Below are positions 33,416 through 43,455 of a stretch of DNA of 64,000 nt, one piece after another. Below the pieces are notes generated by a model. That model was not told the DNA's origin. It ran no database searches and saw only the letters and a list, made by a program, of their open reading frames with translations. Made by a program: the position numbers and the translations under genes. This stretch comes from Escherichia phage vB_EcoM_E9.1: the sequence record PP886230, one strand, 5' to 3'. The first letter of the stretch is position 1. Every line of letters starts with the position of its first letter.

Positions 33416-33741
33416 ATGGAAAAAGTATATATAATAAAATACCAGAAGGGTATGTACCTGTACCTAAAGAACAAAAATCAAAACAAATATCTCTACTTAG
33501 ACAAGGATCTATTACTGAAATAACTTTAGATGGTAAAACATTTCAAGTTCATGATCCTGCTCGTATTGAAAAAATTATTTCTTTGGTAGAAAGACACGAA
33601 GAACGCTTTTTCAGTTTAAGTCAAGAATTGGCAAAGACAAAACAAAATTGTAGATTATTAGAGAATCAAATATCAACTTTGACTAATACAGTTAAACAGT
33701 TACAGGAGCAAATAAAAAATGCAGGATTCGACCGATTCTAA
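33412..33741 (+). CDS. Hypothetical coiled-coil protein
   Basis: 109-aa ORF; ATGA overlap with upstream gene. Confidence 0.55.
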   Translation: MNGKSIYNKIPEGYVPVPKEQKSKQISLLRQGSITEITLDGKTFQVHDPARIEKIISLVERHEERFFSLSQELAKTKQNCRLLENQISTLTNTVKQLQEQIKNAGFDRF

Positions 33742-34357
33742 ACATTATAGAAAAGCCCGAACTGATATTGACATTGACTTCAAGGATAGTAAAAGCGTAA
33801 TCGCTAAACTTCCATGTGTGCGAAGTACTGAAAAAATTACGGAGGATGGTTTAATCCCCCATAATAGTGGTGTTCATTTTGATAATATACCTATTGACCC
33901 AATCACTGGATTGGCAAGTATACAATATAAAGAAGCTGAAAGGTTAGGGTATCAAAAAGTTGATATTCTTTCACAGTCAGCTTACATGTATGTTCGTGAT
34001 AGAGAGCATTTAAAAGAACTAATGAATCAGGAACCAAATTGGGATCTATTGTTAGAACCCGAAATTGTAGAACATCTATCGCAAATTAAAAAACATGTAA
34101 CTTTATTAAATGTATGGAAGCCTAAATCTATAGACGAACTAGCAATGTTTATTGCAATGATTCGCCCAGGAAAAAGGCAGTGCCAAAGTATGAACACATG
34201 GGACGAAGTTAAAGCTACCATATGGGATTATAGTACTATAGGAACTGACCAAGCAGGAAATAAATTACGATATTTCAAAAAGCCACATGCTTACGCATAT
34301 AGCTTAATGATTGTTGTACAACTAAATGCTTTAGTTGAACATCTTACTTCTTCTTAA
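33719..34357 (+). CDS. Hypothetical protein
   Basis: 212-aa ORF. Confidence 0.55.
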   Translation: MQDSTDSKHYRKARTDIDIDFKDSKSVIAKLPCVRSTEKITEDGLIPHNSGVHFDNIPIDPITGLASIQYKEAERLGYQKVDILSQSAYMYVRDREHLKELMNQEPNWDLLLEPEIVEHLSQIKKHVTLLNVWKPKSIDELAMFIAMIRPGKRQCQSMNTWDEVKATIWDYSTIGTDQAGNKLRYFKKPHAYAYSLMIVVQLNALVEHLTSS

Positions 34358-34697
34358 GAGCCACATTACGACGCTTGATGCGTTTCTGTGGCAAATTGCT
34401 TAAAGAAACTACTGGACCACATACGAAATTCACCGACGGTGTATCGAATCTCTGTGTGTACGGTTCAAATTTCTCCATCTCTTCTTGAAAGAATAGACAA
34501 ACTGGAATGGTTCTATTACTTTGCCACCACCAATCGTGTGCTATACCTAACAATTCGTCTTGCATTGAATCATCCATATCATCGAAACAGTAAAGAGTTG
34601 TATACTGTTTGCTTTTGATTTTGATGATACCAACAAACGTTTTACCATCATACTGGATTACAGTAATGAATGGTGGAATAGTGTTATATTGATTCAT
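34344..34697 (-). CDS. Hypothetical protein, lone minus-strand gene in a plus-strand block
   Basis: 117-aa ORF, Trp-rich (HDWWWQ), basic C-terminus; shares the palindromic divergent promoter region with 34755..35732. Confidence 0.5.
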   Translation of the reverse strand: MNQYNTIPPFITVIQYDGKTFVGIIKIKSKQYTTLYCFDDMDDSMQDELLGIAHDWWWQSNRTIPVCLFFQEEMEKFEPYTQRFDTPSVNFVCGPVVSLSNLPQKRIKRRNVALKKK

Positions 34698-34705
34698 ATT
34701 AGTTC

Positions 34706-34743
34706 CATAAATATTAGTATAAATTTATACCTATTATTTATGG
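34706..34743. promoter_or_regulatory. Palindromic divergent late-promoter region (GTATAAATTTATAC core)
   Basis: 14-bp perfect palindrome 34717-34730 gives a TATAAAT box on both strands; flanked by inverted ccataaata / tatttatgg. Confidence 0.5.
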
Positions 34744-34754
34744 AAGGAAAAACT

Positions 34755-35732
34755 ATGGCTCATCACGGCGTGTTTATGTACCCTTATAATCAGGAAGTAT
34801 CATTGGGCAATTTTAATATGCCATATAGCAATGAAAAACTAACTATATATAGAGGGGCAAATAATAATTTATCTTTTACTGTTCACAACGCTGATGGAAA
34901 ATATACTTTATTGAAAGATAATGAATATCTTACATTTATGATTTTTGATGCACGAAATAATACTAAACTATTTGATGTTGTATTAGAAAAACAAGAACCC
35001 AGTTGGTTATCAGAAAGTGGACAAGGAAGACAAACATTAGGAAATAAAAAGAAAGTATATTATGGATGTATTGTTCCAGCAGGAGTTATTCAAGATACCA
35101 GTCCTGGTTCAAAATATAGATGGAGCATTACTAAAGTAACAATGGATGGTTCACTTATAGAACCAACACAATATCTATACACAGGGATGAACTTTGAGGC
35201 ATCAGCAGAGCTAATAATTTCAGACCAAGCAGCACCTGTATTTGTCCCCAGTACTGAAATATCAGTTAATAAAAATCCAGCATGGACAACTATAAAGCGT
35301 TTATATCATGAACCAATTGGAAATGGTATGATTGGTGAATATGATATTCTCGCATCAACTCCACTACCAGCACAAATGCAGTTTGGATTAGTAGATGGAT
35401 TAAGTAGTATTGCAATCTATTTTGATAAATTTATTGGTAGAATACAGCTACAAGGGTGCTTGTGTAACAACGTACCTAATGATAATGAAAACTATAAATG
35501 GTTTATTATTAAATTAGATGGAAAGGATTATATTGAAAATGGAATTGATTCAGAAGGTTTTCCAAAAGAACTTGACGGAATACAAGCATTTAATTTTAAA
35601 GGAAATTATATGTGGTTACGTTTGGTGGTTGCTATTCATCCCAAAATTGTTCCAGTACCATATGACTATGCTGCTGTCCGAAAAGTGTATGACCCTTTCC
35701 TAACAGTACCTAAAATTTTGATACGTAGATGA
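34755..35732 (+). CDS. Hypothetical protein, probably late
   Basis: GGAAGG RBS before ATG 34755; track start 34689 would include the promoter palindrome. Confidence 0.6.
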   Translation: MAHHGVFMYPYNQEVSLGNFNMPYSNEKLTIYRGANNNLSFTVHNADGKYTLLKDNEYLTFMIFDARNNTKLFDVVLEKQEPSWLSESGQGRQTLGNKKKVYYGCIVPAGVIQDTSPGSKYRWSITKVTMDGSLIEPTQYLYTGMNFEASAELIISDQAAPVFVPSTEISVNKNPAWTTIKRLYHEPIGNGMIGEYDILASTPLPAQMQFGLVDGLSSIAIYFDKFIGRIQLQGCLCNNVPNDNENYKWFIIKLDGKDYIENGIDSEGFPKELDGIQAFNFKGNYMWLRLVVAIHPKIVPVPYDYAAVRKVYDPFLTVPKILIRR

Positions 35733-35758
35733 GACAAAACTAGAAGGTGTGCTATAAT
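35731..35758 (+). promoter_or_regulatory. Sigma70-like promoter GAGACA-N16-(gTGc)TATAAT
   Basis: gagaca 35731-35736; tataat 35753-35758; upstream of the primase gene. Confidence 0.6.
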
Positions 35759-35787
35759 CATTTGTAAGAAAAGACAAGGATTAACTT

Positions 35788-36843
35788 ATGAACGCTGTAC
35801 AAAACATAATGGCACAAATTATGAATGATCCAGTACCTGCGATTGGTACATGGTCACAACACAACTGTCCAGCTTGTGTGTTCAGAGGACATTCAAGGCC
35901 GGATACAAAGCACCGTGGTAATCATATGTTCAATGCAGATGGTTCCGTTTCATATAACTGCTTTAACTGTAGTTTAAAAACTGGTTGGCAACCAGGAAAA
36001 TATATGAGCAAAGATATGGAGTCTTTGCTCATTTCTTTTGGTGCACAAGATAAAGAAATAGAATTAGTTAAGTTTTATATTAAAGAAATGGTTGACAGCG
36101 GTGATTTTGATGCACAAGAAACTGTTGCATCAAAATTGTATGACCGAGTAACAGTACGTGATTTGCCATCAAATGCAAAAACATTTTGGGAATGGGCTTC
36201 TTTACCTGAAGATAAAATTCCACAAGAATTTATAAGTGTTTTGCATAATGTCAATGAAAGAAACCCATATCTGTTAGACTTAGAATTATATTGGTCACCT
36301 AATAAAGAACATAAAATGTATGACAGATTTATTATTCCATATTTCATGAATGGTAAAATTATTGGTTATACTGCACGACATAAATTAAAAGATCCTGGAA
36401 GTACATACAGGTTCATAAATCAAGTAAGTACTAATATACTATATAACTATGATTTATTAAAAGATGAACGAATAAAAACAATTTTAGTATGTGAGGGTCC
36501 GTTAGACGCAGCATTAATGGGTGGTGTATCTGCTAATAACTTTAAATTATCAAACGTACAGATTGATGTATTAAAAGATGCACAGCAAAAAGGTAAAAAA
36601 ATAGTTATTGTTCCAGATAGAGATAAAGATGGATTAATAACTATAGACCAAGCACTTGAAAATGGATTCAGTGTTTCCTTCCCAGACTTTGGTGCTGTAA
36701 GAGAAGGTAGTACAATACGTCATATCAAAGACTTTGAAGAAGCTTGTGCACGATTTGGTAGGTTATTTTGTTTACAATTAATACATGATAGTATAGTAGA
36801 TGAGCCATTTTATATTAAAGCTCAAACGGATAAATGGATGTAA
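35788..36843 (+). CDS. gp61: DNA primase (T4 gp61-like; zinc finger plus Toprim)
   Basis: N-terminal zinc ribbon CPACVF...CFNC; Toprim acidic motifs VCEGPLDAA and VIVPDRDKDG. Confidence 0.85.
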   Translation: MNAVQNIMAQIMNDPVPAIGTWSQHNCPACVFRGHSRPDTKHRGNHMFNADGSVSYNCFNCSLKTGWQPGKYMSKDMESLLISFGAQDKEIELVKFYIKEMVDSGDFDAQETVASKLYDRVTVRDLPSNAKTFWEWASLPEDKIPQEFISVLHNVNERNPYLLDLELYWSPNKEHKMYDRFIIPYFMNGKIIGYTARHKLKDPGSTYRFINQVSTNILYNYDLLKDERIKTILVCEGPLDAALMGGVSANNFKLSNVQIDVLKDAQQKGKKIVIVPDRDKDGLITIDQALENGFSVSFPDFGAVREGSTIRHIKDFEEACARFGRLFCLQLIHDSIVDEPFYIKAQTDKWM

Positions 36844-36865
36844 TACATATAATGAGGGAACATAG

Positions 36866-38386
36866 ATGATTCAAAGCACAGTGGATGTGAAACAATATGG
36901 GATTAATGCACAACAATACTTATTATCTCAGATTTTCAGTAATCCTGATTTATATGTACGTTGTAAAAATATCCTTAAACCAGAATATTTTGATAAAACA
37001 TTTCATGAAAGTATTCAATACGTGCATGATTATGCTGCAAAATATAGTTCATCACCTACTTTGAAAGATATTGAAGTTAAAGGTGGTTATCAATACGATC
37101 AATATGAAGTTCAAGAATTACATAAACAATCAGTACTTGATACCTGTGGTGAATTTTGTCGCCATAAAGCATTAGCTTTAGCCGTTGAAAAAGGAATGGA
37201 ACTTGTCCATCAGAAAAAATATGGTGGAATCGAAGAACTAATCCGAGAAGCAATGTTGGTAACGGTACAGAATGAGTTAGGTTTGGATATTTTTGAAAAC
37301 CCTGAAGATACAATCCGCTCACTCAGTACAATGCAAGGATCATTTAAGAGTGGTTGGGAAACTCTTGATTACAAACTTTTCGGTGGATTTGGGCGTAGAG
37401 AGTTAGAGATCTTTGCTGCTGCATCAGGTGGTGGTAAATCAGTAGTACTGCAAAATTTAGCAGTTAACTTTGCGAAAGCTGGAATGAATGGTGCATACAT
37501 TTCACTTGAACTAGCTGAAGAGTTGGTTGCTGTTCGTATCTATGGTATGATGACTGAATCAAAACTCAGTAACGTAAAAAATGAAGCTGAAAAGATTGGA
37601 TTTGCTGTTAAAGTTGAAGGTAAAAACAGTGGTATGTTGCGTATTAAACGCTTACCTGAATCTGTAACAACCACAGACGATATTGAAAGTTATCTACGTG
37701 AATTACAAATTAAGATGGAAATCAAACTTGATTATGTATGCGTGGACTATTTGGATCTATTAACTTCTAATCGTCTTGGACCAAATGATAAATCCAATAC
37801 ATTTACTAAAGATAAATTTGTATCAGAAGAATTACGTGCTCTTGCATCCAAAATGGATTTGACTGTTTTCACTGCATCTCAGTTTAACCGTAGTGGTATG
37901 GACGAAGATAAGAAAAGTCAAAGTCAGATTGCTGGTGGTATTTCAAAAATTTATACTGCTGATAACGTAATTTATATTGAAGCAAAAAAAGAAACTGGCG
38001 AACTATGGTTTGATTTCCAAAAAACACGTAACAGTAGTGCAGTAGGTTCCCGTTTGCGTATGTCATATGATATTGATTCATTGAGAGTTCTTGACCACGC
38101 AACTACAGTACAACAAATGGAAACCGAAGGTAATGGATTCCGTCACAGCGGGGTTTCTAAGATTGGTGGAGGGAACATGGCGTTACCACCCAGCACTATG
38201 CAAACATTACGTCATTCGCTTTCTGGTGCAGCTAAATCACCATCTGTGCAACCTGACAATACAGTAACACTAAATACTGATAGTGCTCCTAACTCTACGA
38301 CACAAAACGAAATACAGAATCCACAGACACATGCTGGTACTGATCGTGTTCATGCAATGAAGCAATGGTTAAATCAAAGGAAATGA
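36866..38386 (+). CDS. gp41: Replicative DnaB-like helicase (T4 gp41-like)
   Basis: Walker A AAASGGGKS, DnaB-type RecA fold motifs (DYLDLL, FTASQFNRSG). Confidence 0.85.
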   Translation: MIQSTVDVKQYGINAQQYLLSQIFSNPDLYVRCKNILKPEYFDKTFHESIQYVHDYAAKYSSSPTLKDIEVKGGYQYDQYEVQELHKQSVLDTCGEFCRHKALALAVEKGMELVHQKKYGGIEELIREAMLVTVQNELGLDIFENPEDTIRSLSTMQGSFKSGWETLDYKLFGGFGRRELEIFAAASGGGKSVVLQNLAVNFAKAGMNGAYISLELAEELVAVRIYGMMTESKLSNVKNEAEKIGFAVKVEGKNSGMLRIKRLPESVTTTDDIESYLRELQIKMEIKLDYVCVDYLDLLTSNRLGPNDKSNTFTKDKFVSEELRALASKMDLTVFTASQFNRSGMDEDKKSQSQIAGGISKIYTADNVIYIEAKKETGELWFDFQKTRNSSAVGSRLRMSYDIDSLRVLDHATTVQQMETEGNGFRHSGVSKIGGGNMALPPSTMQTLRHSLSGAAKSPSVQPDNTVTLNTDSAPNSTTQNEIQNPQTHAGTDRVHAMKQWLNQRK

Positions 38387-38389
38387 TAA

Positions 38390-38662
38390 ATGTCTAGTAA
38401 ATCCAATAAAAAGAATCTACTTGATAGTATAGTTGACTATACGCCAGAGAAAGATACATTACAGAGTTTTAGTAATCGTGCCGACCACGCAATAAACTCT
38501 GTGATTCATTTATTGGAGAGCATTGAAGATGAGTTTAACCAAACTGATGCTGAAGATTTAAAAAAACGCTTATTTCTAAGTATAAAAAACCGAGATTATA
38601 AAAAGTTTCAAAAAGGGTTAGAGAATATAGCACTTGATGAAAAACGTAATAAAGGAAATTAA
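38390..38662 (+). CDS. Hypothetical protein
   Basis: 90-aa ORF. Confidence 0.5.
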   Translation: MSSKSNKKNLLDSIVDYTPEKDTLQSFSNRADHAINSVIHLLESIEDEFNQTDAEDLKKRLFLSIKNRDYKKFQKGLENIALDEKRNKGN

Positions 38663-38663
38663 T

Positions 38664-38828
38664 ATGAAGAAAAAGAATATCAAAGAAAATGCATCTTCTG
38701 GAGCTACTTCAGCAGGTGCTATTGCATCAGTCAGTACTGGTTTACATTATCCATTACATCGTAGATTGCCTCCTACTAACTTCTTTGGATACAAAGTCGT
38801 AGAGAAAAAAGATAAGGACAAAGAATGA
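38664..38828 (+). CDS. Small hypothetical protein (54 aa)
   Basis: ATG 38664 immediately after upstream stop; track start 38634 overlaps the upstream gene. Confidence 0.4.
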   Translation: MKKKNIKENASSGATSAGAIASVSTGLHYPLHRRLPPTNFFGYKVVEKKDKDKE

Positions 38829-39217
38829 AACCATATACATTCTACACAATTCACACTGTAGTAGATATTGGTGATGGTAAAACCCCAACAATCATAGATT
38901 CTAAGTTCACTGGTGCTATGAACTTGTCTAGGTTGTTGGAAGCTATTATGGTATATGACTATCCAATGATGGTAAGCGTTGTTAAAAATGAAGTCGATTT
39001 ATATAAAGATAATAATTCATCTTTTTATAACATGCCAATTTCTTGGGGAAAATGTACCATAAGCACATTCAAATTCGCATTACCAATGGATGTCGAACTT
39101 CGTTTGAATGGTATACCATTGGTTCTACCAACCGAATTAAATGGAAAACGAATAACAAAATTTATCACATCTGGTGATGATATTAACATTAGCATCAGCA
39201 AACAGACCTTTTCTTAA
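38825..39217 (+). CDS. Hypothetical protein
   Basis: 130-aa ORF, ATGA overlap. Confidence 0.55.
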   Translation: MKPYTFYTIHTVVDIGDGKTPTIIDSKFTGAMNLSRLLEAIMVYDYPMMVSVVKNEVDLYKDNNSSFYNMPISWGKCTISTFKFALPMDVELRLNGIPLVLPTELNGKRITKFITSGDDINISISKQTFS

Positions 39218-39273
39218 TTGTGATAAATATCATAAAGCAAGACAGAGGTCTTTTTATTTTATATGGAGAAATT

Positions 39274-40218
39274 ATGGATATAAACCAAACAGCAACTGAA
39301 CTTCAAAAGTTCGCAGATGCACATAATTTGAATGTTGATGTTTCTGTTATTCTTGATAATATGGATGCAGGTGATTTTATCACTTTAAATTCTGCGATTG
39401 ATAATTCTGACAATCGTGAAATATTCCAAATTTTACAAAAATACAAAGCACAGATGAGTGAATGTTATAATTATTTTAGTACTAAAAATGTTAACAAACA
39501 TATTAATGAAAGTACTGAACTTCATAGTATTGTTGATTCAATGTCACTAAAGCAATTAGCAGAAGAGTATCATAAAAATTATACATATTCAGATATAACA
39601 AAACTAACCACACAAGAATTAAAAGCAATTGTATTTGAAGATTTACAAAATCAAGCCACACAAATGCAAGCAAAACAAATTGCTAAAATGAATGTTTCTC
39701 AGGGTCAACAACAAGTCAATCCACAAACTCAAGCTAAAATGAAACAAGCTGAGTTGCAAAGAAATGCTAATAATATGAAAGTTAGTGTTCCTGGTACACA
39801 AAGCGGGACAGATTCGGTTGAACCTGTAGTTGGTGTTGACCCAGGACAAACACCGGAGCAATCATTAGTTATTACTAAAAGTGGGACCAAGCCAAATGAG
39901 TTGAACGTTTTTCCTTTGAGTGATGTTAATCCTATTGATAATCAAAATAATCCAATTCGAGAAGAAAAATCTCCACAAGAAATTAACAGTGAACTTATGG
40001 CTAATTCCAGTTTAGAGCCTGATAGTAATCCTGATACACCATCACCATTGTCACATCATGCACCTGGTATGGGCGAAATGATACATGCAATTTCTGATAT
40101 TGAAAAAGAAGATGATATCTATGGTGATGAAAGTGTTATGGCAAACACATCACAATCTGATAATGATGACATGGTAGACCAAATTATCGATTTCTGTCAT
40201 CGTATGCGAGGTCGTTAA
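39274..40218 (+). CDS. Hypothetical Gln/Asn/Pro-rich protein
   Basis: GGAG RBS before ATG 39274; low-complexity middle. Confidence 0.55.
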   Translation: MDINQTATELQKFADAHNLNVDVSVILDNMDAGDFITLNSAIDNSDNREIFQILQKYKAQMSECYNYFSTKNVNKHINESTELHSIVDSMSLKQLAEEYHKNYTYSDITKLTTQELKAIVFEDLQNQATQMQAKQIAKMNVSQGQQQVNPQTQAKMKQAELQRNANNMKVSVPGTQSGTDSVEPVVGVDPGQTPEQSLVITKSGTKPNELNVFPLSDVNPIDNQNNPIREEKSPQEINSELMANSSLEPDSNPDTPSPLSHHAPGMGEMIHAISDIEKEDDIYGDESVMANTSQSDNDDMVDQIIDFCHRMRGR

Positions 40219-40436
40219 TGAGAACAGTACTAAATGTGCATGGTCACAATACAATGGTTTCTAATGAAGAATATAAACTATTACAAAAGATAAAAGCACG
40301 CGGTACTGTTCCAGTTGAAAAGGTAAATGAATATTATCAGGAATTAGCTGATAAGATGGTATCACGTGGTGTTCTAAATAAAATAGAAAATGATGACGGT
40401 ACTGAATCTTACCAAACAGTTAGGAGTAGTAAATGA
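40218..40436 (+). CDS. Hypothetical small protein
   Basis: 72-aa ORF, overlapping stop/start. Confidence 0.5.
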   Translation: MRTVLNVHGHNTMVSNEEYKLLQKIKARGTVPVEKVNEYYQELADKMVSRGVLNKIENDDGTESYQTVRSSK

Positions 40437-41110
40437 ATTACGAATATGATCAACAATCAGTTAATCAGATGGCTGATTTGTTAAGTGGATTGAATGACAT
40501 TGAAGCTGGTGAAACACATAACGCATCTGGGGTTCCATATAAAACTGGTGGTGATATCGGTGCTATGGCTTCTATTTTAACTTCATTAAATGAAGCAGGT
40601 ATGGATTATGGGGTTGACCCAGAGCAACAACACCCACAAGTTGTTCCATACTATGCACCATACAACGAACATATGCTTGGACATCAATCAGTACAACCTG
40701 TAGTTCAACGAACTCCAGCTAAACCAAAAACTAATTGGAGTTTAGTGGAAGAAAAAGTACAAGGTACTAAATCTACTAAAGTTTATAGCATTAAGTGTAA
40801 TCATAGTTCACAAATTATCATGAATAATATTATGATGTATGAAGCAGCACTTACATTAGTTAATCTTCTCAATGAAGGAAGAATGTTGACAGATGCAAAA
40901 GTACTTGGTATAATCAGTTCGGGTCTTCAATACACGAATGTGATTAGTGAAGCATTGAAAGCAGCCCAGAAACGTCAACGCGTACTTAATGAATCGAAGT
41001 ATGATGAAGCAAAAGATTTAGATATAATTATTGCAGAAAAGAAAGCTGAAGCGTATAAATTAAAAGAGCGTGTATTAAACTTTCTAAAAGGCGAAGGTTA
41101 TATAAAGTAA
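40433..41110 (+). CDS. Hypothetical protein
   Basis: 225-aa ORF. Confidence 0.55.
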   Translation: MNYEYDQQSVNQMADLLSGLNDIEAGETHNASGVPYKTGGDIGAMASILTSLNEAGMDYGVDPEQQHPQVVPYYAPYNEHMLGHQSVQPVVQRTPAKPKTNWSLVEEKVQGTKSTKVYSIKCNHSSQIIMNNIMMYEAALTLVNLLNEGRMLTDAKVLGIISSGLQYTNVISEALKAAQKRQRVLNESKYDEAKDLDIIIAEKKAEAYKLKERVLNFLKGEGYIK

Positions 41111-41142
41111 ATAAATGAGTGATATTTTATAAGGAAATACAA

Positions 41143-41775
41143 ATGTCAAAATATAAAAAACTAATGGAAGCAGCTTCTCGTGCAGAAGCTATGAAGTTTA
41201 TTCAACTAAATGAATCTAATATTGAAAAAGCAGAAATTGTTCTTTCAGTAAAAGGTGAGATTGTGGATAAACTCCAACGTCAATCTGAGGTTATTAACAA
41301 CATGGGTGTTGACGTACTAGGCCCACTACTTGACCGTATTAAAGCCGAGCAAGGTCTAGATGCTGCACAAAATTTTAGTGATAATGTTCGTCATCTACTA
41401 CAACATGCAGTTACTACCTTAATGGATGTAAAAGACAAAATCAGTACTGAAACACTTAAACTAACTGGTGATATCACTGACGGTCCAGATGTTTCTGATA
41501 TTGGAAGTGAAGATGTTGATATTGATATTGCAGCAGATACCCCAACTTTTGATATGGATGCAGACGCAGACTTTGAAGAAGACATTATCTCTGAGCCAGT
41601 ACCAACTGAACGTGAAATGAAAGAATCTGTTAAACCAAGTAAAGTTGGTGTAAAAATGGAAAGTATTCGCGGAACTGTGGGTACTAAATACTTTAGTTCA
41701 AAAGAAGAAATGAAAACATGGCTTTCTGAGAATGAAAAGAAAGTTAAACGTGTTCTAGGATACGTTAAAAAATAA
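41143..41775 (+). CDS. Hypothetical protein with acidic central region
   Basis: ORF; acidic stretch DVDIDIAADTPTFDMDADADFEED; start could be 41119 or 41143. Confidence 0.55.
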   Translation: MSKYKKLMEAASRAEAMKFIQLNESNIEKAEIVLSVKGEIVDKLQRQSEVINNMGVDVLGPLLDRIKAEQGLDAAQNFSDNVRHLLQHAVTTLMDVKDKISTETLKLTGDITDGPDVSDIGSEDVDIDIAADTPTFDMDADADFEEDIISEPVPTEREMKESVKPSKVGVKMESIRGTVGTKYFSSKEEMKTWLSENEKKVKRVLGYVKK

Positions 41776-41791
41776 TTAAGGACAATTCTAC

Positions 41792-42127
41792 ATGAGATTT
41801 CGTGATCTTACTGAAGAGGCTCCTGGTAAAGATATACGCAATATGATTACTACTATTGCGTTGTCTTTAGTGTCCACGGGTCGAGAAGAAGTAAATGTTC
41901 AATCTTTGATTTCTGAAATTAAAAAGAGAACCAACATCGATGTTCCATACAATGTAATGATGGACATTTTGAATTCCCTTCCTTTTGTACAGGATGCTAA
42001 TTCTGATGTTGTAACTTTTGCAGGAAATTCAGCAGAAGGTTCAGAAGAAGTCGAGCAAGATTCTGAAGAGCAAGTTGAAGATTGGGCCACAAAAGCTGCT
42101 GTGACAGCAAATAAACAAAAAAACTGA
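41792..42127 (+). CDS. Hypothetical protein
   Basis: 111-aa ORF. Confidence 0.55.
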   Translation: MRFRDLTEEAPGKDIRNMITTIALSLVSTGREEVNVQSLISEIKKRTNIDVPYNVMMDILNSLPFVQDANSDVVTFAGNSAEGSEEVEQDSEEQVEDWATKAAVTANKQKN

Positions 42128-42153
42128 GACAAATTAAAATATAATGCTATAAT
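42126..42153 (+). promoter_or_regulatory. Sigma70-like promoter GAGACA-N16-TATAAT
   Basis: gagaca 42126-42131; tataat 42148-42153. Confidence 0.6.
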
Positions 42154-42166
42154 TAGGAGTACACGG

Positions 42167-42886
42167 ATGTACACACCACCAATTGTTAGCAGATATACAT
42201 ATGTTGGTTACAATAGAATTGAAGGCGGCCCAGAAGGTCGCCTTTATTCAACTCCAACAGGTAATCTGCCGTCAGTAACAACAATTCTAAGTGCGACCTC
42301 GAATGACGAAGGTTTAAAGAAATGGAGAGAATTTGTTGGTGAAGAAAAGGCTAATGAGATTACATTAGAAGCATGTACAGTTGGTACTTTTATGCATGAG
42401 AACTTGGAATTTAGATTGGAAGGAAAGCCAGACCATGAAGGCGGTATGCCAATTCGAGTTCTTGCACGTAGAATGGCTGACAAAATTCAGCAAGAAGCAT
42501 GGCCTAGAATTAATGAAGTATGGGGACAGGAAGTCCCATTGTACTATGAAGGTTTATGGGCCGGAACAACTGATTTAGTAGGTGTTCATGATGGAATCCC
42601 AACCATTATGGATTATAAAAATTCCCGTAAAGTTAAGAAGTGGGGACAAATCGAAAATTATCGTATGCAAATTGCAGCATATGCATTAGCCCATAATCAA
42701 ATGTTTGGTACTAATATAGAACGTGGTGTGATTTTCATCTGTGTAAGAAAAGATCCTAACAATCTACAATATCAAGAGTTTGTCATAGAAGGTCAGGACT
42801 TCAAAGATGCAGTCAATATGTGGATTGAACGTGTAGAACAATACTATATTTTACGTGGAGAAATTGAATCAAATGGAGCAGCATAA
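42167..42886 (+). CDS. Putative PD-(D/E)xK family nuclease
   Basis: GTTDLVGVHDGIPTIMDYKNSRK contains a D...(D/E)YK arrangement typical of RecB/Cas4-like nuclease cores. Confidence 0.5.
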   Translation: MYTPPIVSRYTYVGYNRIEGGPEGRLYSTPTGNLPSVTTILSATSNDEGLKKWREFVGEEKANEITLEACTVGTFMHENLEFRLEGKPDHEGGMPIRVLARRMADKIQQEAWPRINEVWGQEVPLYYEGLWAGTTDLVGVHDGIPTIMDYKNSRKVKKWGQIENYRMQIAAYALAHNQMFGTNIERGVIFICVRKDPNNLQYQEFVIEGQDFKDAVNMWIERVEQYYILRGEIESNGAA

Positions 42887-42890
42887 AAAA

Positions 42891-43427
42891 ATGAAACAAG
42901 ATCTATATACAATTCGTGCACTAGTAAGTAAAGGTTATGATTTAGAAGAAGTAATTAAACTTAGTGAAGAAGAGATTGATAAACTTGATTTATCAAATAA
43001 GCTAATTCTAAATATCAAAGATTATAAACAACGTGGTGCTAAACCTGTTGAAGAAATTAAAGAACAAATTGCACAAGATATTAGTGTTGATGAAGTATCA
43101 CGCAATGTACCACCAGAAGTTATCCAAGAGTATGTTGTTGATAGTGAAGAACAAGTTAAAGTTTCTGAAGAAGTTGAAATTATTGCAGAAGAACTTGCTC
43201 CTGAATTGGAAGAAGATGAAGTTGTTATTGAGCGTGTTGTTTCATCTAAAGAAGATTTGGACATTATCAAAGAAGCATTACAGACTAAAGAATTTAAAAG
43301 TGTTTCCAACTATGTTAAACATTTAAAATCTTTAGTACCAGAACAAATTTTATCTTCTGTAGATAGCTCAGTTGTATCTCAACTAATTAATGAGCGTATT
43401 GCGGAAGTTAAAGAAAAAGCTAAATAA
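42891..43427 (+). CDS. Hypothetical acidic coiled-coil protein
   Basis: ORF; start uncertain (42855, 42873 or 42891). Confidence 0.5.
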   Translation: MKQDLYTIRALVSKGYDLEEVIKLSEEEIDKLDLSNKLILNIKDYKQRGAKPVEEIKEQIAQDISVDEVSRNVPPEVIQEYVVDSEEQVKVSEEVEIIAEELAPELEEDEVVIERVVSSKEDLDIIKEALQTKEFKSVSNYVKHLKSLVPEQILSSVDSSVVSQLINERIAEVKEKAK

Positions 43428-43455
43428 TCCTATAATACTATAGGAGATAGTTTTT

